A DNA stretch of 64,000 nt from Nemertoderma westbladi (Eukaryota; Animalia; Xenacoelomorpha), in the NCBI GenBank assembly GCA_032718475.1, contig JAUCBJ010004839.1, positions 62,001 through 126,000 of the forward strand, written 5' to 3'. A program made the translations under genes and the position numbers. Shown here piece by piece: positions 11,301 through 26,300 of the stretch. The notes under the pieces were generated by a model. It had not been told where the DNA came from. It worked only from the letters and a program-made list of their open reading frames with translations, and made no database searches. Positions within the stretch are counted from its first letter, which is position 1. Each line of letters starts with the position of its first letter.

Positions 11301-14300
11301 GCTACTTCCTATCTGCTACCCGAGGGTAGGGGTGGGCCCTACTTCCTATCTGCTACCCGAGGGTAGGGGTGGGCGCTACTCCTATCTGCTACCCGAGGGT
11401 AGGGGTGTGCGCTAATTCCTATCTGCTACCCGAGGGTAGGGGTGGGCGCTACTTCCTATCCTAAGTTTTGCTCCAAGAAATTGAACGGGTCCTGTTGGTT
11501 ATAAGTAGGCCGATATATATTGGTTCCCATATCTTGGTTACCATTTGACTTACGTATTTTAGTTACACGTAAGTCTATTTTGTTTTGTTTTATATTTTAT
11601 GAATAACGTGGACTGATTGTTTATTTTATTGGCAGTATGTTCACGTTCCTTGCCGGGGCAGGAGGGTCTATTATCTATATCGTCAGTGCGATCGATTGGG
11701 AACCGTCAATCAACGACATTGCCGATCTCACGCTGCACATAAACACGGTATTCTACACCGTACTTGCTTTGCTATTAATTTTGGTAAGATACTTTAGTAT
11801 TCTTACGGCAGTAACAGTTAGTAATGTATTTGGCGAGCGTTATCAAAGAAAATATATTAGTATTATTACCATAGTATTGGATAGATTTTGGAATCTGTAA
11901 TTTAATTGTTTCAGATAAATTATGATGCGCATTGCGTATTCTTGCTATTCTTCCGGTAAACACTGAATTATATTAAGTAACAACATAGTTAGAAATTCCG
12001 CTCGCTTTGTATTTCAACTGCGCAAAGCTTCCTATTTTACACTATACAAGGCCTACTATCTTCTTCTCTCTTTTGGCAATTTTTGGCCATTCTTGTTTGC
12101 TGTGAATTATGTTTTTTTGTTTTTCCTTACACCTCCAACGAGGTAAGCAATTATATTAATTATAGATTATTATTACATAGCTTAATATAATTGGGATTTT
12201 GATAAACCTACACTAACGCCATTTAATTAATAAGTAGCACAAGAGTACCGGTTACGGGTTAGTAGCGAGTTCCGCTATTGATGGGCAGAGGGCGCAGGAG
12301 AGGCAATGGTAACGGTCGGGGCAGGTGCGGTTAAAAAAGCGGCAAATACAATTAGGTAAAAGTGCGTGGAACTTTTGTGGGTTTGTGCAATTCATTCAAT
12401 AAAAGTGTGTTTTCGTTAACGAGATGTAGCACCATGGTAGATGAAGCAGTAATATGTAGAACTAACAGCCTCTTTATACTGTATATGTCGATTTTATCTT
12501 CTCCAGTTCCTTTAGATTTGTAAGTGTAAGAAAACGAGCGAAAACAGGTAGAGCATATAAAGAAAGCCATTGGAAAGATTTTCATCCTAAAAAGATTTAG
12601 ACCGGCAACAACAGATAATAATTTGAGATTCCTTATAGACCCATTAGTTTCATAAGATTTTTTCTTTTTTCCTTTAATGTGTTCTGAAAAGCAAAGTGAA
12701 GGTGGAGAATAACACCTAAATATTCGTACTTATTGCATACGGTGACGTTTTTCGGTTATAAGTAAAAGTGTCATTAGCTGTTGAGTCTCCTCCCCCTTTT
12801 CGAAATTTCACCACTTTCGTTTTATTCAGATTTACTTCCATACCACTAGATAGACACCATTCGTGGAGAATGTCCAGGCCACTACTTCGTTTCCAGCTCA
12901 GTGGCAGCTTACCGATAGAAATACATGAGTTGTGTTTATAAATAGTCGTGACAACTTCAGATGTTCATTGAAGATTCCATCCAATCCGGATGTTGTTTGA
13001 TGATGTCAATATTGTTCTTTAAGTCGTTTATACTCGCGGTTATCTCATCTTCTGTTAACGGTGCATTTACCATTCCTCCTCCTCGAGTTCAGTTGATGGG
13101 GGGTTCGGTACAAGAAGAATATTGGTGTGGTTATCTTTATGTCGGAGAAGTTTGTGGAAATGAGATTCTAGTATATTGGTATCTATTGGCGCGATTGTGT
13201 GATTTTTACATTTATTTAATAACCGAGTTGTTAAACAGTTCCGCAAGTTCCCTCCTAGTTTATTTCCATCCTAGTTTATTTCCCTCCTAGTTTATTTCCC
13301 TCCTAGTTTATTTCCCTCCTAGTTTATTTCCCTCCTAGTTTATTTCCCTCCTAGTTTATTTTCTGCTTCATTATTGCTTTGTATTTTTTCTGGAGACTCC
13401 AGAACTGAGAGAACTATCCACTGCCGAATTATTCCAACGAGCAATGGCATGTATTACTTGTTGCTTTGTACTTCTGCACTCTTGGTCGTACCACAGTTTA
13501 CCGTGTGGGGTGGGGCGTTGAGTGGAACGCGTTGAGTCTACACGAAGTGGGGACTTCGCGCAGCACGAAGTTGGCAGAGCCTTAGCGAATTGACACTGTT
13601 AGGGGGTAGGTCAATTTATGCAAATAGTCACGTTGGCCCTCTAGCGGCAGACTGGAGAACTGCAGATGGATTCGCCTCCTTTGAAAGTCACAGCTAATGG
13701 TCTAATACATATCTGCCAAGTTTCAGCTTAAACGGATTAAAAGCAAAGAAATGGGAGGGCATTTAATGTTTAGACATGTGGCCCTCTAGCGGGAGACCAT
13801 TGCACTGATGGTGTCTGAAAGTCTCTCAAAAATCTCAACTTTTGCTCATATTGATACCTACAAATTTTCAACTTGGCAGCTTTAAATCCGGCAAAGTTAT
13901 TAGCATGTCAAAATCGTAACGACGACGACGACGACGACGACGACAACGACGACGACGACGACGACGACCGACGACGACGACGACGACGACAACGACGACG
14001 ACGACGACGACAACTATTTGCATAAATTGACCCACCCCCTAACAGTGTCAATTCGCTAAGGCTCCGCCAACTTCGTGGCTCGCCCCACAATGCACTGAGT
14101 TAGTAGATTTGTAGCTGTATCTATGTCGTTATTCGAAAGATATATCTGCACAATGGGAAGGTTTTCTTTCATGTAGATGAAGGACGTTGAGATTTAGTTT
14201 CCTTGATAATCGCGGTATAGGTCTTGGAATAGTTTTCATTTACAATAACATGAAAGTCAATCACAGTTGTCACTGGTTGGACCGAGTCGGTTCCACGAGT

Positions 14301-17300
14301 TCAATAGTCCAACCTACTGTAATCTCCAGCTATAATAATTTGAAGAGTTTGTACCATACTCTTCAGTTTTGTTAGAGCTTCAGATATTTCAATAGTATTT
14401 CATCGAACAGGGTGGGTATCTGGGGGTAAGTAGAAAACAAGAATGAATGTTACCGAGGTTTTCACGATGATATATTTGTCTGTTTGTTTTACATTGGAAG
14501 GGTTTAAATGCTGTTTGCATAAAACCATAAGGCCTCCGATTTGATGCCCTCTGTTGGTTTTGTTGTGGGATGGATAAAAGAGTAATACGAGATAGAGTAA
14601 AAGTGGGATCTGTATACATTGTTTCAGTGAATAATGTGACATCAGCCTTTCCCTAGAGTTGATTTTCTGTGAGGTTGTCTGTTAGCTACCAGAAGCCTTC
14701 TACCTACATTCCATAGCAGTAGTTGTACTTTTGTGCTCCTGTCCGAGTTGGTTATGTTTTCGCTCGGGATTCGCCCTGGTCTCTTTCGGGACGCTGAGGG
14801 ATGCCGGGGCGTCTCGCGTTCTGAGTTAGTGAGTCTGTACCAACTGTACACTCTGTAAGTGTACACTCTGTAATACTTACTATCTGCTGGGAATTATTAG
14901 GCCTACATTGAAAAAACGGCCGCCACCCACTATTTCTAGATTTATTTTCCACTGTAATTTTACATGTGTTTATTCTCCTGACAACAAAAAGAGAAAGAAT
15001 ATGAACTGCAAATATATTTTCCATTTCTGAACAAAATCATGTTAAAATATAATTTATTACAGTAGCACTATCAGCTCAACTCCAATTCAATTAGTTTTCT
15101 ATACTTTACAATAATACAGACATATTTATTTTCGTTCAGTTTATATTACTATTAATTATTGTTGCCTATGGATTAACCTGTATTATTACAGACCACAATT
15201 ACGTTGCTTAGCAACCCAGAGATTCCACTGAGCCAACTAAAATTGCTTCACAAACAAAGGGCGGTTGAATGTCAAGAGGTTGTAAATGGAGACGCTTACC
15301 ACAGGTGAGATATTATCTATCTATTGAATAGTTAGAGAAGTTGAACATGGGCTGTTACCAATGAACTGATCATTACTAAAGATAAGTTTACTTACACTTA
15401 AAAATTTGGAATTATTATACTATTGTGGTCACCATATCTGTATAATTATTTACATCCACATATTAATTTAAATTTTTAATTTAGTAAACACAAACCTATT
15501 ATATTAAAGATTGTTTTCCGAATTTTTCTTACCTAAATTATGGTTACATTCGAGTTTGTTTGGCGTCAATAATATTGTTGCAAATAGGGTATAAGTACCA
15601 CGCCCGCGCCGCGCGAATATAACTCGTAGCTATAGTTGAATCAAGCAGGGCGGACTTTGTTACTTTAAAGTTTAGCTTAATTGCAGTAGCTTATCGTTGA
15701 TTGAGGGTATCCAAACGTCTACTTGATGTATCTGAGTGGAGCTGCTAATTAGTTAGTTCCTTAAAGCCGAAGAATCGATAACAAACTTAGTCGGTTTGCA
15801 CAATATTATTCTCGTTTCGTTCTAAATATAATGTTCGGTCAATAACGATGCGTTTCAGCTTTGAAACCGCCCATTTAGGGTGTTGATTAATTGAGATCGG
15901 GGTAATATGTACTGCATTCTCACATCCGCCATCCCATTTGCTTGCATTTATAAAACATTAAACACAAACATTTAATTTATGCCGGTAAATGCGTCCTTTA
16001 TGTAAACATGTTTCATAATAAGATATGTGTTTTCCTTTAACCATTAGCATTAAATTAAGCTAATAACTATGTAAAAAGTTATTGCGTGGCACGGACATTA
16101 GAAAGCTAATACTTTATGAATTAATTACAGTAGTATAAATTACAATATACACCCCCCCCCCCCCCCCCCCCCCCCCAACACCATGTAAGTGCAGTTCGTT
16201 GCAACTCAAGTTTAGTTACTGATCGAAGCTGTGGTATTTCCACAAGATAATTTTACTTCATCAACGCTGAATAAACGGCCAGGTACTTTTTTTCCTAATT
16301 AATTTGGAAAATAACTATTTATTGTACAATAATATTATTATGGTTGAAATATGAGGCTTAAATTTAATATTCCACGATAATTTTAATTTATAAATATACT
16401 GATATGATGTGCAGAGTGTTCTATTCTATTTATTTGATTGCACCAGGTCTAGCATTGGAGACAACATAGCGACAGAAATAATACTAGAAGAAACGGAAAC
16501 TATGGCTGAAGATTTCAATAAGCGTTGTTATGGTAATGGGGATAAGAGCAATCTCATAAACGACTCGACTGAAAGTCATAACGAGAAAAAGGTATTTCAG
16601 AAGCCGAGAAAAGTCGATCCCAAGGAGAGGATGTTAAGGTTTGTGTTTAGAATAATAGTTGCTCCCAAGGAAAGGTTGCTAAGGAAAGGTTGCTAACGTT
16701 GTTGGTTTTTAATTAATATTAATAATAATAAACAGAAGATATGGATATTATGTGAAACAAATTTTGGAAATTTTCTTTCATTATTCCTCAAAGTTTAAAA
16801 AAAATAAATTCTAAATACGCGATATTGAATTGCGAATGATTCCTGCGAATCTATGTATGATTACTCACTATCCCCCCCCCCCCCCCCCCCACCATTCTCT
16901 CTCCCTCTCTCGAGATGGTTAAATTATCAATTTAGGGAAAGGAGCCGGTTACACTGGCGCGTTATTTTAACCAAAACAATAATCTAAAGTCAATGGAAGA
17001 GGTTACAGCTTTATTTTTTGGAGTTGTCATCGAATTTTTTTATTGCGTTGAAAGTCCCTGTCCCTCCTCCCCTTTGCTGTTTTGAGAAAAAATACGGTAG
17101 AAACATATTTAATATTTATTTACTTAGTGACCAAATAAATATCTTGGCCATTATTTTGTTACTTAGTCGACGAACTTTCAGCTTTCAGTTTACGTGAATA
17201 ATTTTCCATAAGTTTAACAGATCCATTTGAATTAGTTTCTCAATTATTTCCATTCGTATTATTTCCTCAATTACTTCAATTTTGTATTTTATTCGGGTTA

Positions 17301-20300
17301 TAAATATTAAGCATGCCACTCCATTAAAAAATTTAATTTAATCAAAATAATAATTGTTTAATGGATGATGCCAAATTACCTTTACCTGCACGGTGCATTA
17401 GACTCAGACTCTGATGCAGATAAATCGCCATAGTTTATCAGGGTTTTCAACATTTTGACTTTAATTGGTACAATTTATGAATTTCCTGCTATACCAAATA
17501 GGCCTACATTAATATTACATTGCGGTTCGACGATTAATAATTGGACAGTTTAATTATTAAAAGTTACTTCTGTATTATTTGATAAAAGATAAGAATTTAA
17601 TCTCATTTTAATTGGGAGTGTTAGGCTAAGTGAGGCGACCTGTTCTTACAATGTCAAAGACAATTAATCATAAACAGCGTTCTAGGCAGCTATTTATATA
17701 CCGGGATTATATTATAATTATACTATTCTTCAATGTAAGGGGAGTATCTATCAAACCTAGGTACAGTATGTATTCATTTTAGATTCAGTGTGAATCCATC
17801 CTACTTCCTATCTCTAACCCTGTCGTAACAATTTTTTAATCGAAGAATCGTAACCACTGAATTATCATTTATATATATATATTATATTTATATTTATTTA
17901 TATATAATATATGTATTGTCAGTGATAATTTAAATTTGATTTGATATTTATATTGATTTGATATTTATATTTTTTAATGGTATTGTGATTAACCCTCTTT
18001 TATTCTTAAAGTTAATGCCGAGGTAGCCTATTGAGTTTCCGATTTCGGTTTTCGAAATTTTTTTTTTTTCGATTCATCCACAAAATACAGTAATATTTTT
18101 ATATAAAATCAACTTCTGAGTAGTTTGGTATTTTAAATCACTAAATCTCCTAAATGTCGACCGGCCTCTCTCGATGACGTATTTCCTAATTTAACAGCGG
18201 CAGCGCTTTGGAAACAAAACACCGACAACAATCAAATCCTATGTCCCGAGTGAATTAACTGGATAACATTAATGCATTGAAACCTGATAGGAAGTTATGG
18301 AAATCCGCCTAGTTTCTTAAACATTTTCTTTGCTGACAGTTTTATATTGGAGAGTAGCGTTTGTTTTTTTGTTACCCTCGGACAGTACAAATTACCCGCT
18401 TCATCGGATTTCTGCGGGACCTAATTATGAGTAACATCGTCGCTGTAAGCTCATTTACAGGCTGAGTAATTATCGGTTGTACCTTATTGGACCTATTTCA
18501 TACCACCAGGATTAACTCTGGCTGGGAAACACAAGTGTTCACGATAGGGTTGGTGGGTAATAGGATAGGGTTGGATAGGGTCACTGTGTAATAACGTCAA
18601 CTATGTAGCAGCCAATCACAGCCGATTTTCAAAAATTGACTTCCCGGCTTCACTTAATTAAACCCGCCATTTCGACCGTTTCAATTCGTGTTTTTACAAA
18701 AAAACACAACCCGTCACTCGATTCAGTGCATCTTGCTACCCCTTATTCAATTGTTTCTAGCCCAACAATTTTTTCGCGCACCAACCATATTGTAGAGTAT
18801 CTTTAATGATAATGACGACCGCATTTAGTATGTAATGCAAAAGCAGAGCGCGCCCATGACAGTACGTTTAATATGGATTTAGCACCGCTCAAAAACATAA
18901 TTCATAATGATTTATAATAAATAATCGAAATATATGTTATATTACTGTACTAGAGACGAAGAAACATTTTAAGTTGAAAAAAAATGTTTTGCTTTGTTGT
19001 GGCCGCTAATTATCGTTAAAAATGTTTTTTATTTTTTTATTAATATTTGAAAATTTTTCAATTAAATATGGTTCACCCAAAATATATCTTAAACTGTATT
19101 TCTCCTGATTTGCTTTTTGGAATAGTTTATAGTTTTTTGTTAGCATTTTTTACTACTTCGAACCCACACCCCCGACACCTCCGCTCCTAATTAATATATT
19201 AGAGATTTTGTCTCTTTAGACGTACAGCATCATTGCGGAAGGCGAGTACACATCTGCTATCAGCTGAAGCTGCCCCGATGACATTGAAGGAGTACCTGCT
19301 GAGCATTGTGAGGATGCCACAACGGCTAAGGATCGTGTGCTTCACCAACTATCTCTGCTGGATGTCCTTGATGTGTTACGCAATGTACTTCACGGACTTT
19401 GTAGGTTCGTTACATTGAATTGCACCGGTGTGCAATATTTATATCAGACCTCAACTTCATTCGGAATTGCGGATATTTCGAACCCAAAAATAAATTATTT
19501 ATATGGCTGGTATCGTCTGGAAACGAACAGTCCGGGACCGATTAATCCATCTTCTGGGTTTCATCTATCCAAATGTCTATGTAATAGGCCTAATATCGGT
19601 TAAAACCCTTCCACAGTCTCTTTGAAACTAATAATATCATTCAATGGGGTTGGCTTTCTTTCTAAAAGGACCTTTATTCTGGTTTTGAAGTTAAATTCTA
19701 GAATAATAATAATTAACTTCTTCACACCCCTTCCAGGTATTCGTCATTTAATTTTAAACTATCGAATAATTATGTTTTTTTAAACTGGATGCTTTATTTG
19801 CAGGGGAATCAGTATTTGGAGGCAGCCCAACAGCGCCCCCTTACAGCGAGTCGTCGCATCGGTACAGCAAAGGGGTTCGTCTGGCTTGTGTCGGACTAGC
19901 CGTCTGGTTGACTAGCAGTTGTCTCTTTAGTTCTGTCATAACAAAACTCATCATTCGATTTGGTTGGTTTAAATACAATAATTAATCGATTTTTTTTATT
20001 TATAAAGATACTATTCCGAAACTTAAACACAACCATCTGTGATCTTTTACTATGATAACTGAGTATGGATAGCTTTGTAAACCCGTTAGTTTGAAAAATA
20101 TGGCACTTTTTGTGCAGGTCGGTTTTTTCAAAAATTCTATAAATTTGCAGCTTTTATATGTAAAATATCTCATGTTGAAGGATCAGTAAATACTGTACCA
20201 CCTGGGTTTAAGTTCTAGATATACTGTAGATATGTAGGCTTTTTTTCTAAGAAAATATTTTCACAAAATTCTTGTTTTTGAAAACCACATGAATCCCTTC

Positions 20301-23300
20301 TATCAAGCAACAAAATCAGATAAAAAATGTTTTTTTTTAGTTTTTTTTGTAAATTTTCGAAAACTTCACTTCCGTTGTGTGTAATGGTCCCCTTAAACGT
20401 CCAAATTGAAGTTGCGCCGAATCCGAATCGTATATTAATGATCATACATATTAATATATTTTCTCTGTCTATAAAAGGAGGTTTTTCACCAATCCAATGA
20501 AATATAATTATAAAAAAATTTCTTTTAAAAAAAAATCTTTTATGAAAAATAAGTGATCAACGTAATAATTAAATGGTAATTAGACATATAATTGATAAAC
20601 TAATGGTCGTAATAAATATGGTGTTTTTAAATATAAAATCCATTGTAATTTAGCAATTTTGGCCAAAAATATTGATTACTTATTTTTATGGAAAATTGAC
20701 AGAAAGGAGGTGATATTCTCCTTCACCGATATTATTTAAAACGTTTTTTCCCACTATAATTAATTGTAGCAGATAATAGCAGTGACTTTTAAACCCAATA
20801 CTGTAGTTGACTATACATGTTGACTTTATTGCACTAAAACGACCAGTAAGTAAAGTTGTGATATAGTTGTTAACAATGGTAATAAACTCTACTTTTCAAA
20901 CTACTTTTTATTCTCAGAAACGTTAATATACTAATATAAATTAATAGACAAAGGTTTAGCTTCACTGAATATAATTTACTGTTTTGTAAATTTTAGGATC
21001 AAAGAAAATATACATTTCATCCATCCTTATCCATACTGTCGGCATGGTAATCCAAGCTGCTTGTCGCGACTTTTATGTCTGCGTGGTCTTCAGTTCATTC
21101 GTTGGCGCTATTTACACCAGTACATTCGTAATGCCATTTAATTTGGTGGCCTATTACCATGCGTCTGGTGTGGTAAGTGGAGTATAAGAGCAAGTATAGG
21201 TTGTATAGCTAGGCGAGTATGTGTGATAAAAAAAATTTATCATTTGAAAAGTGATCAAATAATATTATAAACCGTTTCAAATAATATTTTATATATTGGG
21301 TTTGTCATTAGTTGGTATTGGGAATAATATCAGTATTATTAATATTGTTACTAAATTATGTTAACTTAATAATAAATAATAATAATTATTTAATTAAGGG
21401 TACCAGAAGTATGTTACCAGAAATCTATTTTATTTAATTTATAAACTGCAGTCCCCCACTGCAGTCCCGCCCCCCAGCTGCACCTCGCCAGTCGAAGTCA
21501 GCTGAATCGGTGCGTCTATCCGCAGCTGTGGCAGAGAAGATCGAGGATTGAGACGTGAAGGGGGCTATTCGTTTGGCCTCTTCCCAGGACACCATTGCGC
21601 CAGAAACCCCAGGCACCTTACAGACCTTAAGGGGGAAAAACCCACCAAGACCCGATGATAGGAGAGACCCACCTCCTGAAATACCTCATTCCGCGAGACC
21701 GTGTACACCTGCTGTCCTCCGAAAGTTGATAGCGTCTTTTCCCTGTGGTAGTGCCGGAGGGCCAGACAGGATGCGGCCCCAGATATTAAAGGACCTGGTC
21801 AGCCCAACCAACGGAGAGGCAGCAGATCGTCTCCTTACTTCTCTTTCACACTTTGTTGACATCACCATTGCTGGTGAAGTTCCTGTTGTCATATGACCAC
21901 TTTTCTTTGGGGCGAATCTCTTTGCCTTTACAAAGACAAGTGGGGGCATCCAGCCCATTGCTGTAGGAGTCGCACTTCGACGCTTGTGTTCGAAGTTCGC
22001 AGGTTGGGTGGTGGCGGATGATCGTGCCAACTCCTATATTTCTGTCCAGCTTGGTATCGGGTGTAAGTTGGGTGCAGAGGCAGCAGCGACTGAGGATAAC
22101 CAGCAGGGGAGGGTGTGGCATAGGCCAAAGTTTGATGCCATCTGTCCTGGCATCCAGTACCCGCCACTGGACCAGTTGTCAATGATGGGTGCCCCCATAG
22201 GAGATTCAGCCATCGCAACTTGCCTGACAACGAAGGTGGGGTACCTCTCCACTCTTGCTAGCCGGCTTCCACTCCTAGACGCCCATCATGGGTATTTCCT
22301 TCTGAAGAACTCATTCGCAATACCACGGCTCATGTACTTTCTTCGGACAGCTCCATGCTTTCGTTTCCCAGAGCAACTCCTGGCCTATGACCGTGTGCTC
22401 CGTAGTGCGGTCCAAGATGTTACCAACTGTCACATAGACGACCCTGCCTGGTCCCAGGTCTGCCTCCCCGCACGGGTGGGTGGTCTTGGATTGAGCTCAT
22501 CAGTGCAGCTCGCACCCTCTGCCTTCTTGGCTTCTGCGGCTGCCTGCTTGGCTCTATCCAACCACATATTCAATTCGGTACTGTACCTTCAATTCAATAT
22601 TCAATCTTAGTATTATTTCTGTGCTTCGTTATTTAATATCACATTTATTTCATGTTAAAATAATATTAAAAATTTTCTAAAAAAAAAACAAAAAAAAAAT
22701 TTTTATAAACTAGCTACTTTTCTAAATTTTAACACAATGATTTGGGACATTTACTATGAAATTTGAGTATGGATAGGTTTGTAATTAATTATCTGCAGGT
22801 CGGATATTATCAAAAATTGTATTCATATTATAGAGGCATTCATGTGTAGAAGCATCAGTGTTATCTACAGGGATGCAGTTCTAGGTCCAAATGTTTAGCA
22901 CAATAATGGGCGAACATATTTTAGCACTCTTCTGTGAGAAAAAATAAAATTACTGTTTCAGAAAAATTTCTGCTTATTTAATATTTTGGAAGTAAATTTT
23001 GGGGATCATATTACGAGACATACCAAATGGCCTTGCAATGAAGGTGGTCCAAGGTCATTAAACTCTTTTTCATTATATTAATAAACCTACAGTCTGGCTA
23101 GAAAATTAAAATATTGAGTTCAACCATCCCCACTGTTCGCGCTTTTACACCTTTAACAGTTTAACCTGCTAATTTATGTGTCTGTTAATACCTGACAGCC
23201 CAATACAGATGAACACAGCCGAAGCCAGTCTAGCGCGGCGTATGACCTACCGGAGGTGGGAGACTGGATTCGAAAGCCCACTTTGAAAAGCTCCTCAATA

Positions 23301-26300
23301 ATGACAGGGTATTGCCTGATAACTTTATAGAAGTAAAGGTGTCTGAGTCTGTACTCCCAGATATTCCCATTGGCGATATCTCCTTTGCAGAAGCGAAGGC
23401 TGCTGCAAAGAGCATTAAGACCAATCGTGCCAGTGGAGTAGATGGTGTTCCCCCTGAGGTCTTTAAAATACCTGAGTGTTTAAATCTCATCTATCTCATC
23501 ATAGTAGACATGTACCGAACAACAAGAGTTCCACAAGAAATGAAAACAAATAAGTTGGTGCCAGTTCCCAAGAAGGGCAACCTAACACTCTATGGTTCTT
23601 TTCGGGGAATCTCATTGATCTCGATTGCTGCAAAGCTATACAATAGAATTCTATTAAATCGCATCAGGGATCCCATTGAGAGACTGCTCCGTGGAAATCA
23701 GAATGGGTTCCGTAAAGGTCGTGGGACCATGGAGCCCATTTTGGCACTTAGAAGGATAATTGAAGAGTTATCAAAAAAAAAGACAGGCACCTGGCTGTTA
23801 TCTTTGTTGACTTCTTCAAGGCCTTTGATTCAGTCTCTCGCTCACGTATGTTCAGCATACTTTTATTATATGGGATTCCTGATGAAATTATTGCAGCAAT
23901 CAGATCAGTATACGATGGTTCGACAACATTTGTGTCTACTGTTGACGGTGACACAGAACCATTTGAAGTGTTATGGGGCGTCCTCCAGGGAGACACACTT
24001 GCACCATTCTTGTTCATAATTGTTGTGGACTATGTTCTACGCATGTCCTTAGATCATCATAATGATGATGGGGTGATGATAACTCCACCTACTGGCTCCA
24101 GAAGTCGAGGAAATCCTGCCAAGTACCTAACTGATCTAGACTTTGCTGATGACTTAGGAGTACTCTCAGAATCATTAGAGGGAGCCCAACGGCTCCTCAG
24201 CTCATTAGAACATGCTGCTTCTAGTGTTGGTCTTTTTATTAACTCCAGAAAGACCAAAATTCTGACAGTTAACTTTGAAAGTCCTCAGCAAGTCTCTGAT
24301 CGGATGAGCATAAGCTCAAAGGATGGTATGCTTGAGCATGTGGACGACTTCTGTTACCTGGGATCATGGATCCGGAAGTCAGGTGAGGACCTCCGAATAC
24401 GTAAGGGAAAGGCATGGGCAGCCTTGAATAGGCTTTCCAGGATTTGGAATTCACCGAGAATTAATCGGAAACTTAAGGTCCGATTATTTAGAGCAGCAGT
24501 AGTTCCAGTACTCCTCTCTACGGGAGTCCATGCTGGGCTCTAACTGCTGAGGACACCAAATCTCTGGATGGCACATTCACAAGAATGCTACGCCGGGTTC
24601 ATTGTGTCAAGTACAATGCACACATCTCCAACCAGACACTATATAACATTGGAGGTGTCTCATTGGTTCCCCCAAGCTTGACACTAGAACAAAATCGCCT
24701 CCGCTTTGCAGGACATTGCTTTCGCCGTGAGGACCAGCCAGTGCATAATCTTGTACTTTGGCAGCCTCATGGAGTGAATAAGCATGGTGGACAGCCCATG
24801 ATTTTCTTGAGACACATCTTAAAGGACACTGGCCTTAAAGATGCGGATGATCTAGCAAATGTCATGGGTGATAGGGAGTTGTGGCGGTGCAATTTTGTTG
24901 ACAAGCGGCACAGCATTCTTAAAAATGCAGCTGTAATGCAGCATGCCGATCCTAGTAGTAGTAGTAGTAGACAGCCCAATACAGATGAACACAGCCGAAG
25001 CCAGTCTAGCGCGGCGTATGACCTACCGGAGGTGGGAGACTGCATTCGATGGCAGAAAGTCGTAGGAACAAGACGTAGGATACCTTGTATTATTTGATCG
25101 AGCTTTACTATATAATCTCCAAAAACTATGTTTATTTTCAGTTAAATACTAACAGTTCCTTTCAGGTGCTGCGCTCTAAATACTACACAGAGATATGACT
25201 TATACTAACTACAATGAGTGGGCATAAGATAACGCAAATGTTTACGTCCTTTAGGGATGTATTTATTGAACTTTCACACGCAAGCACGGACGGACAATAG
25301 TACTGAAACACACTAACTTGCCAACAGTCACCAATTTTACTCGCATATAAGGAGAACTTAACTCACATACGTTGGGGACTATGAAATAGCATGAACTCAT
25401 ACAAACCACTGTTATTTGAACTAGGCAATTGTGAATAGTAAACCCCTCCGCTTACCTCAATAATCAAGAAAACCAAGAGATCTACCGGTTATTCGTAAGT
25501 ATTCTCCAACCATTAACATGAATCCATATGATACAATAACAACAGATTATAACAGCATAAATCAGTATAAAAGTGCGGTGTTGCAGCAATATCAGACACC
25601 AGTATGTGTTGCAGTGAGTAACCAAATGACGGTTAAAATGAATGAAAAGGGAATGTAAACGCTAATAGATTTGCATTCTGTATCTTTCTAGCCACTACAG
25701 GTGTTTCTGGGCAAAAAGGGTCAGGAAGTGAATAAGATAATCACAACTCTACTGCTTGCAAGAATATTCTTGCCTCAAGTATTCTACAAAGCATGAATCA
25801 TATCGAACGCCGTAGAACGTATGGAACATGCAAGAACTCCCAATCAGGGACCAGTTTCCATGCCATCAACCCATAACCAATGGATCCGGTAATTCAGTCT
25901 ATGGGGTGACGTAGGAGGGAAAGTATACTGATTGGACGGTGACTAACAAAGAAGAATGTATACAAAGATAATAATATACAATGGCTAGTGATTTCGTAAT
26001 TTGAGCATCTGGGTTTCTGTGGGAATGTAGGGGAAAGTGTTATACTGAAAATAAACGCTGGAGGGAGTAAGTTTACATCAGTTCATAAAATTACAAATTT
26101 CTTAATAGAGTTTTTCAATGGTTTAGAGTAACCAGCGCATTGTGTAAAATGGGGACATTTTGGCCGCAAAAGCTTTAACACCCACCCCACCCCCACCCCC
26201 CAATCCATATATCTTCAGCAAGTTCTCAGTCCCTCCCCCCCCCCCCCCCTTACCCCTGTTATTAAGTATTGTCGAACTACACTAGCTCTGCTATCTTTTC

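Larger units (their letters stand above)
12590..14870 (-). pseudogene. Degraded LINE (APE endonuclease to RT linker) remnant
   Basis: LLLWNV endonuclease-start motif near 14715 and WYDQECR near 13480 on the - strand; many stops; interrupted by a HINE-like element. Confidence 0.5.

Noticed and set aside
161-11490. 36-37-bp repeats as a CRISPR array
   Set aside because: Units are head-to-tail with no unique spacers, there are no cas genes, and the context is eukaryotic.
13908-14090. Arg/Ser-rich protamine-like ORFs (also 37507-37716)
   Set aside because: Translation of the (GTC)n microsatellite inside the HINE-like element.
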